Source: Schmidtea polychroa
Taxonomy: Eukaryota
Direction of reading: 5' to 3'
Assembly (NCBI GenBank): GCA_044892525.1
Contig: CM097888.1
Coordinates: 58,342,001-58,406,000 of the forward strand
Length of the DNA: 64,000 nt
Part shown: in pieces, positions 61,600 to 64,000 of the stretch
Layout of the letters: every line of letters starts with the position of its first letter
Position numbering within the stretch: position 1 is the stretch's first letter
Made by a program: the position numbers and the translations under genes
Notes under the pieces: model-generated
Database searches by the model: none
The model's input: the letters and a program-made list of their open reading frames with translations, nothing else
What the model was told of the DNA's origin: nothing

Positions 61600-64000
61600 C
61601 TGTACTTTAAAAATGACAAATGTTATTTATGTGTTCATGTGAAAGCAGTATTAAATTTGACATAGTTCGTTTCACAATTGTGTCGTTCCAGATTAAAATT
61701 TTACCGGTTGATTGAAAGTTTAGAAACCTTTGGATTATTCTTTTTTTGTTTAAATTCTTTATCTTTCAACTGAATTTTATTTTAATTCTCAACAGACTTA
61801 AAAGAATTGAATAACAAAATAATTCCTAGTGGTATGTTGTTTTAAGTTTAAGATACAATGGGGCAGTGATCTGAAAAATTTCTAAAACACGTATGTAGAA
61901 CATGAATAGGAGATTCACAGACTTAAGTGCTTTATAATAGTTTTCATTGATCACGGACAATTGACTGCATGAAATAAAATAAAATTTATTTTAATTATTT
62001 TAAAGTCAATTTGGTGACCCAAGGATAATATAAAATTCATACAATTAGTGTATTTATACATTTAATAAGAGCAATAGAATTGTGATTACAGATTACGGTG
62101 AATGATTGCAATAGCGCTTGGTTTGAACTCCGATGGGATCAAGATTTCTATATAGTACAGATGAATGCCAAATAAAAATAAATACTTGGATGAGTTGAAG
62201 GAATTATATATCATTTAATAAAGAAAAGTTTATTTTCAGATGATACTGAAATAACAAAATTTTCTCAAATAAAATTCAAATTAATAAGTTAAATTTAAGT
62301 AATAAACTTTCTATATTTAAACTATAAGTTTGAAAAGAATTACCCGACGAATTCGTCAAATTATGCATCATTTAACAAGTCGATTTTCAGATAATATTGA
62401 AATAAAAAAAATCATGTTATCAATTAAACTTGTAAAATGTCCATGTTGAATAATTATGTAATAATAATTGTGAAATTTAATATTAAAATGGAACAGATAT
62501 TAATACATCCAACCCAGTTTTAACACGTTTTGAAATAGTACTAATTAAAAAAATTTTTATTTTACACGATCCCAAAATTCTAAGAATTTTTTCGTAATTA
62601 TTTTCTTGCTGCCTTCGCAATTACTATTTTATGGAGAATTCCCCGAATTATATAACAGCAATTAATTTCAAAGTGATAATTTTTTGGTAGCATCATTAAT
62701 TAATTTTTAACCAATTAAATGATAATTTAAGCCTTTTGCTGAGAATAATATATTTAATACAAATGAAAAAATTTTCAACTATTTGATAGTTTGTGGCAAA
62801 TTGAATGCAGTTTAAAATGCAATTAACTTTTTTCCTTTGAAACGTATCTATCGTGAAGAAACAGAATTAGATTGTATATATAATTTATAAAACGTTTACA
62901 ATTGAATCATTTAATATGAAATATTATAATTTAACAAATAATTGAATCAAAGCCAGCAAAAACAAAAATTAAGAAAATTTATTACTTGTAGCAAATGATT
63001 AAAAATAATTTCATTTTCAATTATTAATGACAGTTTTAACCAATTAATGATGCCTAACAATTTACATTTAGCTCATTTTTAAATATGTAGAAAAAACATT
63101 ATTTTAATTGAATAAAAGAAAAATTATTACATAAAATCTAATGGGGACCAAGTAATTAAAAGTTTTTTTAGAAAAACACTAAATCGCATCGTATTTCGTA
63201 TATCGCTAATCTTCAGGGCTTTAAAGAAAGTAAATAAGTATTTAATCTTGTAATTTATATTTTGACTTGGCAAACCGAAAAAAAAAACATAATTTAATAG
63301 AAGTTTCAACAGAATTTAGATTTGGATATTCTATATTTTTGGTCTAATTCTCAGATTATTCTCAGGTTAGTCTTTAATACCCAGAATATGAGAAGTTCAT
63401 ATTATCATTATTAAAGGGATAAACGATATATAAAACTATCATCTAACCATTCGCAAACTCTGCAAAGATCCAAAACAAGTGAAGAAACTTTCTATGTTAT
63501 TGATGATTTATATTAAAAGGAAAATTAAAAATTGATACCCAAAAAATGTAATAGAAACAAAATTATTAAATTTTGTCATAAATTTTCCCTACATTCAGTA
63601 TCTATGACAGTTGAGGTTGTTTTTAAACATTTATAACGGACTTAAGTAAATATACTGCCATTTCAGTAACATATCGAAATTTAATATGAAAATTTTTATT
63701 AAGTTAATAAAAACAAAATAAAAATCTATGCATCTATAATTAATTTGAGTCTGATATTGATATTGAAATGCCTTGATTAGATTCGTTGAATATTTCATAA
63801 CTACACATATAAATTACAATTTATTACAAATATTCAATTTAAACAAACATTTGTTTTCAAAGAAAATCCGGCCGTAAAACTGTCTAAAATAAAATGACTT
63901 ATTTCAGAATTTATATGATTTAATCCATCTAAATACCATTTATTCATTTTTATTTCAATAAATATCGACTATATCAGAGAGGGAAGGAGAATAGTAGCAC

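Overview
AT-rich (about 70% by eye) eukaryotic, transposon-dense DNA. The innexin gene, GT-AG introns and Merlin/piggyBac/hAT/Tigger/mariner content indicate an invertebrate animal, most plausibly a flatworm such as a planarian (inference). (1) 1.8-2.9 kb: 3' exon of an innexin. (2) 5.4-22.3 kb: a cluster of diverged LTR-retroelement pieces with one shared design: a coiled-coil/basic ORF upstream of the LTR end, a covarying bulged stem-loop near the LTR end (5 copies), a tRNA-Pro primer-binding site (2 copies), then an IAP-type RING ORF where gag would normally start (2 copies). No linked gag-pol is visible. (3) 22,907-43,617: five near-identical ~4,054-bp tandem units, each with an intact intronless SIRT5-class sirtuin ORF. 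The units are bounded by six copies of a ~446-bp repeat whose SNPs map the originating unequal crossover to about 100 bp. (4) 43.8-60.7 kb: Merlin, piggyBac, three hAT-superfamily elements, a solo LTR, mariner scraps, a 21-bp minisatellite and two probable exons of an unidentified minus-strand host gene. All alignments and folds were done by eye; no database searches were run.
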